Assembly: GCA_903877885.1 (NCBI GenBank)
Contig: CAIRFN010000013.1
Coordinates: 2,754-66,753 of the forward strand
From: an uncultured Candidatus Berkelbacteria bacterium
GTDB taxonomy: Bacteria > Patescibacteriota > UBA1384 > UBA12157
DNA length: 64,000 bases
Direction of reading: 5' to 3'
Each line of letters opens with the position of its first letter. The stretch's first letter is position 1. The notes below the pieces were generated by a model, which was not told the DNA's origin, made no database searches, and saw nothing but the letters and a program-made list of their open reading frames with translations. Shown here one piece after another: positions 56,694-64,000 of this stretch. A program made the position numbers and the translations under genes.

Positions 56694-58088
56694 TTACTTC
56701 TTGCGTGGAAAGAGTGGTTCTTGTTTGCCGGTTCGAAGTTGCTCAATCATTTTGTGCGATGTTTCCGGCATGAACGGTTCCAAAAGTCCGGCAATATCAG
56801 ATAAAGTATCTAATAAATTTTGTAATAATTTTTCGTTTTTTTCCGGGTCAACTTTGGCTAATTCCCACGGTTTTTCCGCATCGATTCTAACATTGGCTTC
56901 GGAAATCATCTTCCAGACAAAATTCAAAGCTTCGGAAAATTTGAGTTCTTCCATCGCTTGATCGAACTCCGGATACTTTTTGGTCATTGGTTCATATTCC
57001 CAATGAACTTTGGCATTTTTAGCCATCACAATAACGCGTTGGAGTAAATTTCCCAAATCATTGGCTAAATCAGCACGATAGCGTTGGTCAAATCGGTCAA
57101 GCGAAAAATCGCCATCAGCGCCAAACGGCACTTCGGCCATCACAAAATAGCGAAGCGCATCAACGCCGTAAACTTTGGAAATTTCTACTGGGTCAACCAC
57201 ATTACCTAAAGATTTACTCATTTTTTGACCATTGATTGTAAAATAGCCATGAATAAATAATTTTTCCGGCAGTTCATAACCAGTCGCTAAAAGCATAGCT
57301 GGCCAAATAATGGCATGAAAACGGAAAATATCTTTAGCAATGATTTGCAATTGTGGCGGCCAGAAACCTTTGCTCCCAGAAATATAGTTTAATAAAGCAT
57401 CAACCCAAACATAAATCGTCTGATTTTTATCCCAAGGAATTGGAATGCCCCACTCGACTTTACTCCGAGAAATCGCCAAATCGCGGAGTGGCTCTTTGGC
57501 AATGAATTTAAAAATTTCATTGCGGCGCGCTTCCGGCTCAATTAAAAACTTTTTGCTTTGAATCGCTTCGATAATCTTGTCTTGATATTTGCTAAGTTTG
57601 AAAAAATAAATATTTTCTTCAACTTTTTCGCAGGGTTTTTTGTGCAAAGAACAAATATTTCCAGGCTCAAGTTCATCTTCTTTTTTATATTCTTCGCAAC
57701 CAACACAATACAAACCTTCATATTTATCTTGATAAATATCGCCATTGTCATGAAGTTTTTGCACAAAATCTTGAACAAATTTTTCATGCTCCGGATCAGT
57801 CGTACGAATAAAATTGCTGTATTTTAAGTTGAGCGCTTGCCAGACTTCTTTGTATTTATCAGTGACTTTATCAACAAATTCTTTCGGCGATTGGCCGGCA
57901 GCTAGTGCCGAACGAGCGATTTTCATGCCGTGTTCGTCAGCGCCAGTCAAAAAATATGTTTGGGCGCCGCGGCCTTGCCAATAACGCGCCAAAATATCGG
58001 CCGCAATAGTCGAATAAGCATGCCCGATATGCGGGTTGTCGTTTACATAATAAATTGGGGTAGTGACAAAAAATCGTCCGTAATCCAT
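56694..58088 (-). CDS. metG: methionyl-tRNA synthetase (short form)
   Basis: HIGH (NPHIGHAYS), KMSKS motif, Zn knuckle. Confidence 0.93.
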   Translation of the reverse strand: MDYGRFFVTTPIYYVNDNPHIGHAYSTIAADILARYWQGRGAQTYFLTGADEHGMKIARSALAAGQSPKEFVDKVTDKYKEVWQALNLKYSNFIRTTDPEHEKFVQDFVQKLHDNGDIYQDKYEGLYCVGCEEYKKEDELEPGNICSLHKKPCEKVEENIYFFKLSKYQDKIIEAIQSKKFLIEPEARRNEIFKFIAKEPLRDLAISRSKVEWGIPIPWDKNQTIYVWVDALLNYISGSKGFWPPQLQIIAKDIFRFHAIIWPAMLLATGYELPEKLFIHGYFTINGQKMSKSLGNVVDPVEISKVYGVDALRYFVMAEVPFGADGDFSLDRFDQRYRADLANDLGNLLQRVIVMAKNAKVHWEYEPMTKKYPEFDQAMEELKFSEALNFVWKMISEANVRIDAEKPWELAKVDPEKNEKLLQNLLDTLSDIAGLLEPFMPETSHKMIEQLRTGKQEPLFPRKK

Positions 58089-58129
58089 ATGGCTCCTTAA
58101 TTTAATAATTCAGAATTTTTTAAATTATT

Positions 58130-58161
58130 TTATTTAATTCTGCATTCTGCATTAATTAATT
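58130..58161. repeat. AT-rich repeat ttatttaattctgcattctgcattaattaatt (inverted copy of 43918-43949)
   Basis: Reverse-complement near-identity over ~32 nt. Confidence 0.5.
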
Positions 58162-58190
58162 CTATTATACCTTAAAATTTTCTAAAATAC

Positions 58191-58221
58191 AAAAACAGAC
58201 TTGGGCTACAAGTCTGTTTTT
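58191..58221. terminator. bidirectional rho-independent terminator (12-bp stem aaaacagacttg/caagtctgtttt)
   Basis: Perfect hairpin flanked by A-run and T-run. Confidence 0.65.
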
Positions 58222-58230
58222 GTCCCTCTT

Positions 58231-58323
58231 TGTCATTCCCGACCGGATGGCGTCCGGATCGAGAATCTAGATCCCCGATATCGAATTACCATTCGGTTCG
58301 CCTTTAGGTAAATTGGATGACAT
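58231..58323. repeat. MITE-like element with TIRs tgtcattc / ggatgaca
   Basis: Internal gaatctagatcc and ccgaatggtaattcga shared with other copies; right TIR abuts the stop of the 58326 gene. Confidence 0.5.
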
Positions 58324-58325
58324 TT

Positions 58326-58913
58326 TTATTTAGTGAATTGGAAAGTGGAAACAATTTGATCTGCAGTTGGTTTAAGATTGTCGTCACCATTACTAAATTC
58401 AATAGAAACAACATAATATTTATTATTTTCCTGAATTTGATATTCATAGCCATTAGCATAAGTATATTTGGTTGCTTGTTTGCCAGCGAAAGTAGTAGCT
58501 GTCCCTTCACTTCCTTCTTGGATCGTTTTACCATATTGACTAGCATTATCGACATTAACTGTCACAGTCCAATTAGCCGAAGTCGATGGCGGCTCAAAAC
58601 CATAGGTATCTGCTACACCAAAGGTCGTATGCATATCTTTAGCTGTCCAATCGGACGGATATTTAATCGAATAACCATAAGTTGTATTTGTATACGTTTT
58701 CCAGTCAACCATAGAAATTGGTGATGCAGAAACTGAAGGCGAGACTGACGGTTCGATGGTTGGTAACTCGTTGACGGAAACTGGAGTAACGATCGGTGTA
58801 GCCACTGGTTTATTTTGATTCATTAAAACCCAAGTCCAAAAACCGGCGCCGATTAAGATGACGATGATAAGAATAACCCAGAGCCACTTGTTCGATGATT
58901 GATCTTGTTCCAT
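58326..58913 (-). CDS. membrane-anchored exported protein, paralog family B (copy 3)
   Basis: Start set at MEQDQ (58913) with GGAG RBS; TM, linker, W.TYTN...YSIKYP domain ending FQFTK. Confidence 0.5.
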   Translation of the reverse strand: MEQDQSSNKWLWVILIIVILIGAGFWTWVLMNQNKPVATPIVTPVSVNELPTIEPSVSPSVSASPISMVDWKTYTNTTYGYSIKYPSDWTAKDMHTTFGVADTYGFEPPSTSANWTVTVNVDNASQYGKTIQEGSEGTATTFAGKQATKYTYANGYEYQIQENNKYYVVSIEFSNGDDNLKPTADQIVSTFQFTK

Positions 58914-58940
58914 TTTTCTCCTTTTTTTAATTAATATTTT

Positions 58941-58985
58941 AACCTTATAATGTACACCCTGGAAGTGTACGTTGGTTTTAATTAC
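58941..58985. repeat. REP hairpin aaccttataa-tgtacaccctggaagtgtac-gttggttttaa
   Basis: Near-identical to the left REP of RAYT3 (41424-41467). Confidence 0.6.
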
Positions 58986-60409
58986 GTAAATAATGAGTAA
59001 ATTGTGGCGATGCCGGCGATAATCATGACGGCCGTACCGAGCCAGCCAAAGAATTTTGATAGTCCGCCACTTTGCCACTGCCCCATCACATTTTTATTGC
59101 TGGCTAACAAAACAATCAAAACCATCACCACTGGCGCAACTAAACCATTGCCGACTGCCGAATAAATTAGAGCTTTGATTGGATCAAGCCCGACAAAGTT
59201 GATAATCAAACCAACAACCATGGACAAAATAATCACACCATAGAAAGCGCTAGCTTGAGCAAAGCGGCGATACAAACCTTCTTTCCAACCAAACGCTTCT
59301 GAAATAGCATAAGCGGCGGAGCCGGCTAAAACCGGGATACCGAGCAAACCAGTACCTAAAATCCCGATAGTAAATAATAACGAGGCGTATTTTCCGGCCA
59401 ATGGTTCCAAGGCCTTAGCCGCGTCAGCGGCGGTGGCAATATTGGTAATCCCACCTTTATACAAAGTCGCCGCACAAACAGCAATGATAAAGAAAGTAAC
59501 GATATTAGAAAAAACCATGCCAGACCAGTTGTCCAAGCGCATTTTGCGCATTTCGTTTTTGGTTGTACCTTGACGCGAGGCCAAAGTCGTATCGCCACCC
59601 AAGATTTCTTCTTCCACTTCTTGAGAAGTTTGCCAGAAAAATAAATATGGGGAAATTGTTGTACCCAAAATGCCGCAGATTAAAATAATCTGTTCCTTGG
59701 AAAAATCTAAATGCGGAATGACTGAACTTTTTAACGCTTCAGCCCAAGGAAAACCCTTGATTACAAAAGCAGTGATAATATAAACAACCAAAGTTATGGC
59801 TAAATATTTTAAAACGCCGGCGTATTTTTTGTAAGAAACAAAAATCTGCATCAGTAAACTCAAAGCCGTGAAGCCGAAAATCAAAACCCAAAACGGCACG
59901 GTCGGTGTCATTAATCGCGTCGCCGCCGCCAACGCACCTAAATCCGCACCAATATTAAAAATATTGGCCAGTAAAAGCAAAGTAGCCGTGATAAGTAAAA
60001 CCCAGCGCGGAAAATATTTTTTAATATTAGCGGCCAAACCGCGGCCGGTCACTAAACCAATTCTGGCGCACATTTCTTGAATCGCGCCCATCAAAGGCAA
60101 AGTTAATGGCGCAAACCACAACAGTTTAAAACCATATTGGGCGCCGGTTTGCGAGTAAGTTGCCACACCAGATGGATCATCATCGGCCGCGCCGGTGACC
60201 AAACCTGGACCTAAAATCTGCCAAAATTTCCGAGATTTTTTGACCGTTTTTTGAGCCGCTTCCCCTGTGGCATCAACCGTATCTTTAACTGTTTCAGCGC
60301 CGACCTCAACCATATGTCGACCTAAATCCAAAACACCTTCCGGTTCCTTAGATGATGAGGATATTTTCTCATCGTTTTGATTTTGAATGTTATTGTCTTG
60401 TGTATTCAT
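58982..60409 (-). CDS. mntH: Nramp-family divalent metal (Mn2+/Fe2+) transporter
   Basis: GPG...DDDPSGV Nramp N-terminal motif, ~11 TM helices. Confidence 0.85.
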   Translation of the reverse strand: MNTQDNNIQNQNDEKISSSSKEPEGVLDLGRHMVEVGAETVKDTVDATGEAAQKTVKKSRKFWQILGPGLVTGAADDDPSGVATYSQTGAQYGFKLLWFAPLTLPLMGAIQEMCARIGLVTGRGLAANIKKYFPRWVLLITATLLLLANIFNIGADLGALAAATRLMTPTVPFWVLIFGFTALSLLMQIFVSYKKYAGVLKYLAITLVVYIITAFVIKGFPWAEALKSSVIPHLDFSKEQIILICGILGTTISPYLFFWQTSQEVEEEILGGDTTLASRQGTTKNEMRKMRLDNWSGMVFSNIVTFFIIAVCAATLYKGGITNIATAADAAKALEPLAGKYASLLFTIGILGTGLLGIPVLAGSAAYAISEAFGWKEGLYRRFAQASAFYGVIILSMVVGLIINFVGLDPIKALIYSAVGNGLVAPVVMVLIVLLASNKNVMGQWQSGGLSKFFGWLGTAVMIIAGIATIYSLFT

Positions 60410-60465
60410 TAATTTTATTATACAATACGACTATCCGAAACGCTACTTTCGAAGGAGATGTTGCC

Positions 60466-60828
60466 ATGCCTGACCGCAGTTTCGAAGCTGTTCGTAGTTT
60501 AAAAATTCGCTCTACTGATCGCGAAAAATTAGATAGTTTAGAATTATCCGAAAACCAACGTAAATATGCTGAGGCATGGATAATTTTAGGCATAATCATT
60601 ATCGATGAAATCACTGCTGGTGAATCTGAAAACCTCAGTAAAGAAGAAATCGATTTTAATGTTTGGCGAAAAATGCATGACGAATTTACTTTGGTCACAC
60701 AAGTTTATCTGGATGTTAGTTTAACTCTAGATGAAAATGAAGCCGAAACATTTCGCACAAAAATAAGAGAGAATTTCTCTTACTTTAAACCAAAAATCAT
60801 GAGTATGTTATTGAAAAATTTAGTCTGA
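60466..60828 (+). CDS. hypothetical acidic protein
   Basis: Start set at MPDRS (60466) with GAAGGAGA RBS; no recognisable domain. Confidence 0.4.
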   Translation: MPDRSFEAVRSLKIRSTDREKLDSLELSENQRKYAEAWIILGIIIIDEITAGESENLSKEEIDFNVWRKMHDEFTLVTQVYLDVSLTLDENEAETFRTKIRENFSYFKPKIMSMLLKNLV

Positions 60829-60836
60829 ATTGGTAC

Positions 60837-61610
60837 TTAATGTTGATAAACCTTCGTCAATCTTTCCCAATCTTCCAAGCTCAAATCTTCGGCCCTTAAG
60901 GTCGGCGCGATTTGAGCTTTTTTTAATAGATCTAAAACTTCGTCTTTTGTTAGTCGCAATGTACCAGCCAAGGAATTGTGAATTTGCTGGCGCTTGGAGC
61001 TAAATCCGGCTTTAACCATTTTGAAAAATAAAGCCGGTTCAATATTTAATAATTGCTTTTTTGGTGTGATTTTAATTACCGCGCTATCGACTTGTGGCAC
61101 CGGGTAAAATTCTTTTTTATTAACTTGGAATAGAATTTCAGCCTCAGCGTAAAATTCGACGATAATAGTTAAAAGTCCGCGGCTGGAATCCCCTGGCTTA
61201 GCACAAATCCGCTCGGCCACTTCTTTTTGAACCATCAAAATTAAAAGTTCCGGACGAGGTTCGTTCTCGATGAATTTGCGAATCAAAGGCGACGTAATAT
61301 TATAAGGAATATTAGCCACGACTTTGTATTTGGATAAGGAGAAAAGGTCGAACCACAAAGCATCTTGATGAATAATTTTGATATTTTTTGTGCTTTTGTA
61401 ACGATTTAGTAATTTTGTCACCAAATCAAAATCTTTTTCCACAGCCAAAACCTGACCAGCAGCTTTAACTAATCTTTCAGTTAAAATACCAGTGCCGGGA
61501 CCGATTTCCAAAACCGTATCGTCGGTCGTCAAATTGCTCGCTTTGATAATATCATCAGCGATTTTTTCATTAATTAAGAAATTTTGGCCTAAAGATTTTT
61601 TTGGAATCAT
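60837..61610 (-). CDS. rsmA: 16S rRNA (adenine1518/1519-N6)-dimethyltransferase
   Basis: LGQNFL, LEIGPGTG SAM motif, NIPYNI; start set at MIPKKSLGQNFL (61610). Confidence 0.88.
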   Translation of the reverse strand: MIPKKSLGQNFLINEKIADDIIKASNLTTDDTVLEIGPGTGILTERLVKAAGQVLAVEKDFDLVTKLLNRYKSTKNIKIIHQDALWFDLFSLSKYKVVANIPYNITSPLIRKFIENEPRPELLILMVQKEVAERICAKPGDSSRGLLTIIVEFYAEAEILFQVNKKEFYPVPQVDSAVIKITPKKQLLNIEPALFFKMVKAGFSSKRQQIHNSLAGTLRLTKDEVLDLLKKAQIAPTLRAEDLSLEDWERLTKVYQH

Positions 61611-61620
61611 ATATTTGAAT

Positions 61621-62649
61621 TTATTTATTTGCACATGAAGTGTAGCCAGTTCTTGGACAACCTTTGGCAAAGGGTGGCCAACGGCGACTTTGACCGATGG
61701 ATATTAATCGAGCGGTGGTAAAAATTTGGGCTTTGGCGTCAGTCCACAAAGCGTTAGTAAAGCCAGCGGCCATTGAAGCTGGTCCCCAAAAACCAGGATC
61801 GTATTGGAATAAACCAATGTAACCGGCAGCCGCTTGCGAATCGGTATGGCCATTGGATTCGCACAACATTAGACATTGCAGAGCGGTGGCATTAACATCG
61901 TATTTTTTGGCCGCCGCGTTTAACAAATCCATAAAAGGATCGGAATGAACCAGTTTCGGTCCAGTACCCACAATCAAAATTTCGGTCACTGGTTGGGTTA
62001 AAATATTAGTATTGGTAACCTTACGCGAAGTCTCGGTACCATCAACTCGTTTGATGTGGTAGGTGACCTCTTTTTGACCTTTAGCACCTGAAACTTCGAC
62101 AGTGCTTTGACCACGTTCCATATCGTGATTATTTTTCTTAATAATCGGAAAATCAATATCTTCATTTTGAGTTAAATCAAATTCGGCGATTCGAGTGATT
62201 TTTATTTTCAGATCTGAAGATATCGGTATCGAAGCTGTCGGATCAACCGTATCTTGAGCGATTAATTCAATCTTCTGCTCGGTTAATAATTCGCCAATGG
62301 TCTTGGCCCAAGTTCGATAGGTTTTTTTAACCTTAGCGTCGGTTACTTCGACAGGTGTAGCCCGAACAATCGTAATGCGACTGCCTAAACCCATATCCGG
62401 CGGCGGGAAAGCCGTTACTTTATCTTCCGGATAAACTTGAACTTTTAAATCGGTAATCATCGCATCGAGGGTTTTAAATTCATCACTGGCTAAATAAACT
62501 TCGGTTGGATGATTCGGATCGTTGACGGCTTCAGCAGCCAAAACTTTTTTCTCATTCTGATGTTTTGGCCACAAAAAAAATGCTCCTAAAATTAAAATAG
62601 CGATAAGAGAAACGACGACAATTTTTATTTGCCGAGACATATTATGCAT
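61621..62649 (-). CDS. RpfB-like protein: TM anchor, DUF348-like and G5 domains, C-terminal transglycosylase-like (Rpf) domain
   Basis: G5-like beta region; C-terminal LQCLMLCESNGH...GYIGLFQYDPGFW resembles the Rpf lysozyme-like catalytic motif. Confidence 0.55.
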   Translation of the reverse strand: MHNMSRQIKIVVVSLIAILILGAFFLWPKHQNEKKVLAAEAVNDPNHPTEVYLASDEFKTLDAMITDLKVQVYPEDKVTAFPPPDMGLGSRITIVRATPVEVTDAKVKKTYRTWAKTIGELLTEQKIELIAQDTVDPTASIPISSDLKIKITRIAEFDLTQNEDIDFPIIKKNNHDMERGQSTVEVSGAKGQKEVTYHIKRVDGTETSRKVTNTNILTQPVTEILIVGTGPKLVHSDPFMDLLNAAAKKYDVNATALQCLMLCESNGHTDSQAAAGYIGLFQYDPGFWGPASMAAGFTNALWTDAKAQIFTTARLISIGQSRRWPPFAKGCPRTGYTSCANK

Positions 62650-62694
62650 TTGTATCTAGTTTACCCTTTTATGACACAAGGGTCAAGAGAGAAT

Positions 62695-63123
62695 CTACGG
62701 GCAGGAAGTTTGAGTCGACGAAACAGAATTGACTTCTTCTCCAGAACCGTTATAATCAGCGCAAAAAACTTTTTTAGTATCTGGTAAAGTCGCATAAATT
62801 ACGTATGTAGTATCGGTTGTATTTTCATTTATTTTTGAACCGGATTTTTGAACATCGCTTAAAATAGTTTTAGCAGTGGGATCAGTTTCAAAACCTTTAT
62901 ATGTTGAATGCTGACTATTATAATTCTCGGCTACATTCCGCATTTGGCTCACATCGCTCATGATGCGAGCGTCAGTGGCTTTACCGCGAGCGGAGCTCAA
63001 AGATACTAAAACCATAGCCGCTATAATACCAATTGGCACAATCATGACTAAAAGTACAACAATAACGATAAGCCACCAAGGAATTTTTGATTTTGGTTTA
63101 GCTTGAACTGGCTGTGGCTCCAT
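62695..63123 (-). CDS. pilin-like protein (N-terminal hydrophobic helix + pilin helix, no canonical G-F/TLIE cleavage motif)
   Basis: IAAMVLVSLSSARGKATDARIMSDVSQMR resembles the conserved pilin alpha1 region of the other pilin-like genes. Confidence 0.45.
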   Translation of the reverse strand: MEPQPVQAKPKSKIPWWLIVIVVLLVMIVPIGIIAAMVLVSLSSARGKATDARIMSDVSQMRNVAENYNSQHSTYKGFETDPTAKTILSDVQKSGSKINENTTDTTYVIYATLPDTKKVFCADYNGSGEEVNSVSSTQTSCP

Positions 63124-63206
63124 CGATTGAATCGGTTGTGATTCCGATTGTTGATTTTAATCGTTCATTTTTTTCTCCTATTCTTTTTTATTCAAAGGCC
63201 ATTGAT

Positions 63207-63398
63207 TTAATTTTCTAATTCCTTTTTAATTGGTTCTGTAGCATTCGGCTCAAATTTCTTCTTGATCAACCACCAGCCCTCCGCGATAGTACCTTTACCA
63301 CCAAATTCCCACAACCGCATTTCTTTATTTTTGCGGCCTTCTTGCCAAACCAGATTTGGATTATTTGAATCATTCGGTTGATTTTTAATTTGATTCAT
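63207..63398 (-). CDS. small hypothetical protein
   Basis: 63-aa ORF, Trp-rich; weak support. Confidence 0.25.
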   Translation of the reverse strand: MNQIKNQPNDSNNPNLVWQEGRKNKEMRLWEFGGKGTIAEGWWLIKKKFEPNATEPIKKELEN

Positions 63399-63430
63399 GA
63401 TGACCTCGATTTTCCAGCATTAATCTATTT

Positions 63431-63880
63431 TTATTCACTTTTAGTAAATTCTTTTCTCTCCAACCAGAGGTAAGTAAAAATAACAATTTCAACCAAAATA
63501 AAAAGTATGACAAAAATTGTAATACCAGATCTTGAAAACCAATATCCACCAGTATCAAGAATAGATAAATAATCTTGAAAGCCTTTTGAAAAATAAGCTA
63601 AAACAAGAAAAATGAACTCACTTATGAGAAAAAATAAATATAAAAATAAACCTAAAATTTTACGCCTAATCATCACGATAATTGAAATGATAAGTAGAAT
63701 TTGAATCAATACAAAAGGCAATAGCCAAGTAATTGTTAAATAGCCTACAAACAATAGACCTAAAGATACGAATGCAATTATGCCTAATAAGAAAAAACGT
63801 CCGCTAAGACATGAAGCAAGTAAAGTTGAAATCTTTCGCCAATCGCCAGATAGATTATTATTCTTTCCTGGATTATCCAT
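63431..63880 (-). CDS. hypothetical membrane protein (4 TM helices)
   Basis: Hydrophobic helices, Ile/Phe-rich. Confidence 0.4.
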   Translation of the reverse strand: MDNPGKNNNLSGDWRKISTLLASCLSGRFFLLGIIAFVSLGLLFVGYLTITWLLPFVLIQILLIISIIVMIRRKILGLFLYLFFLISEFIFLVLAYFSKGFQDYLSILDTGGYWFSRSGITIFVILFILVEIVIFTYLWLERKEFTKSE

Positions 63881-64000
63881 TATCCTCCTTTTTCTTTTAT
63901 TATATCATTTTTTAAACTCTATCAACTAAATATCCGGGGATTTCGTTGATAAAGCGCGAGGGCTGATTGTACTGCAAGCCGCCGTACAAAAGTCGGCATT

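Noticed and set aside
1-64000. CRISPR array / cas operon
   Set aside because: There are no regularly spaced direct repeats with unique spacers. The recurrent hairpins are dispersed REP/MITE elements, not arrays.

Overview
This window reads as an AT-rich (roughly 35-40% GC by eye), gene-dense bacterial chromosome segment, with most genes on the minus strand. Core content: a glycolytic cluster (tpiA-fba-PfkB kinase-gap); nucleotide excision repair genes (uvrC, uvrA, uvrB); a translation cluster (rpsB-tsf-frr, rseP, proS, rpmE, prfA-prmC, rplI, metG, rsmA); gatCAB; ligA; proteases (htrA, htpX, ctpA, rseP); a MacAB-like ABC efflux module with an adjacent two-component system; folD; iscSU; tatD; mntH; and many type IV pilin-like proteins. 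Short uvrC, tsf and proS, the missing pyrH between tsf and frr, and the abundant pilin-like, LemA and Pro-rich membrane proteins fit a reduced-genome lineage such as Patescibacteria/CPR; that is inference only. The most unusual content is repeat-driven. (1) Three divergent IS200-like Y1 transposases of the REP-associated tyrosine transposase (RAYT) type, each bracketed by its own palindromic REP hairpins, with further solo REPs and REP doublets. One REP sits in frame inside mnmA. (2) A second, MITE-like repeat family with TGTCATYC terminal inverted repeats. Pieces of it are inserted in frame into uvrB and iscS, encoding a shared SVILNEVK(D/N)L peptide, much as Rickettsia palindromic elements do. 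(3) A duplicated module of [leader with variable (AG)n repeat - unknown ~270 aa gene - terminator - REP doublet] at 13.6-14.7 kb and 29.6-30.7 kb. (4) A divergent 63-nt duplicate of the prmC 3' end on the far side of the RAYT2 element. (5) A putative HEPN-like gene wedged between gatA and gatB. I found no rRNA or tRNA genes and no CRISPR array.
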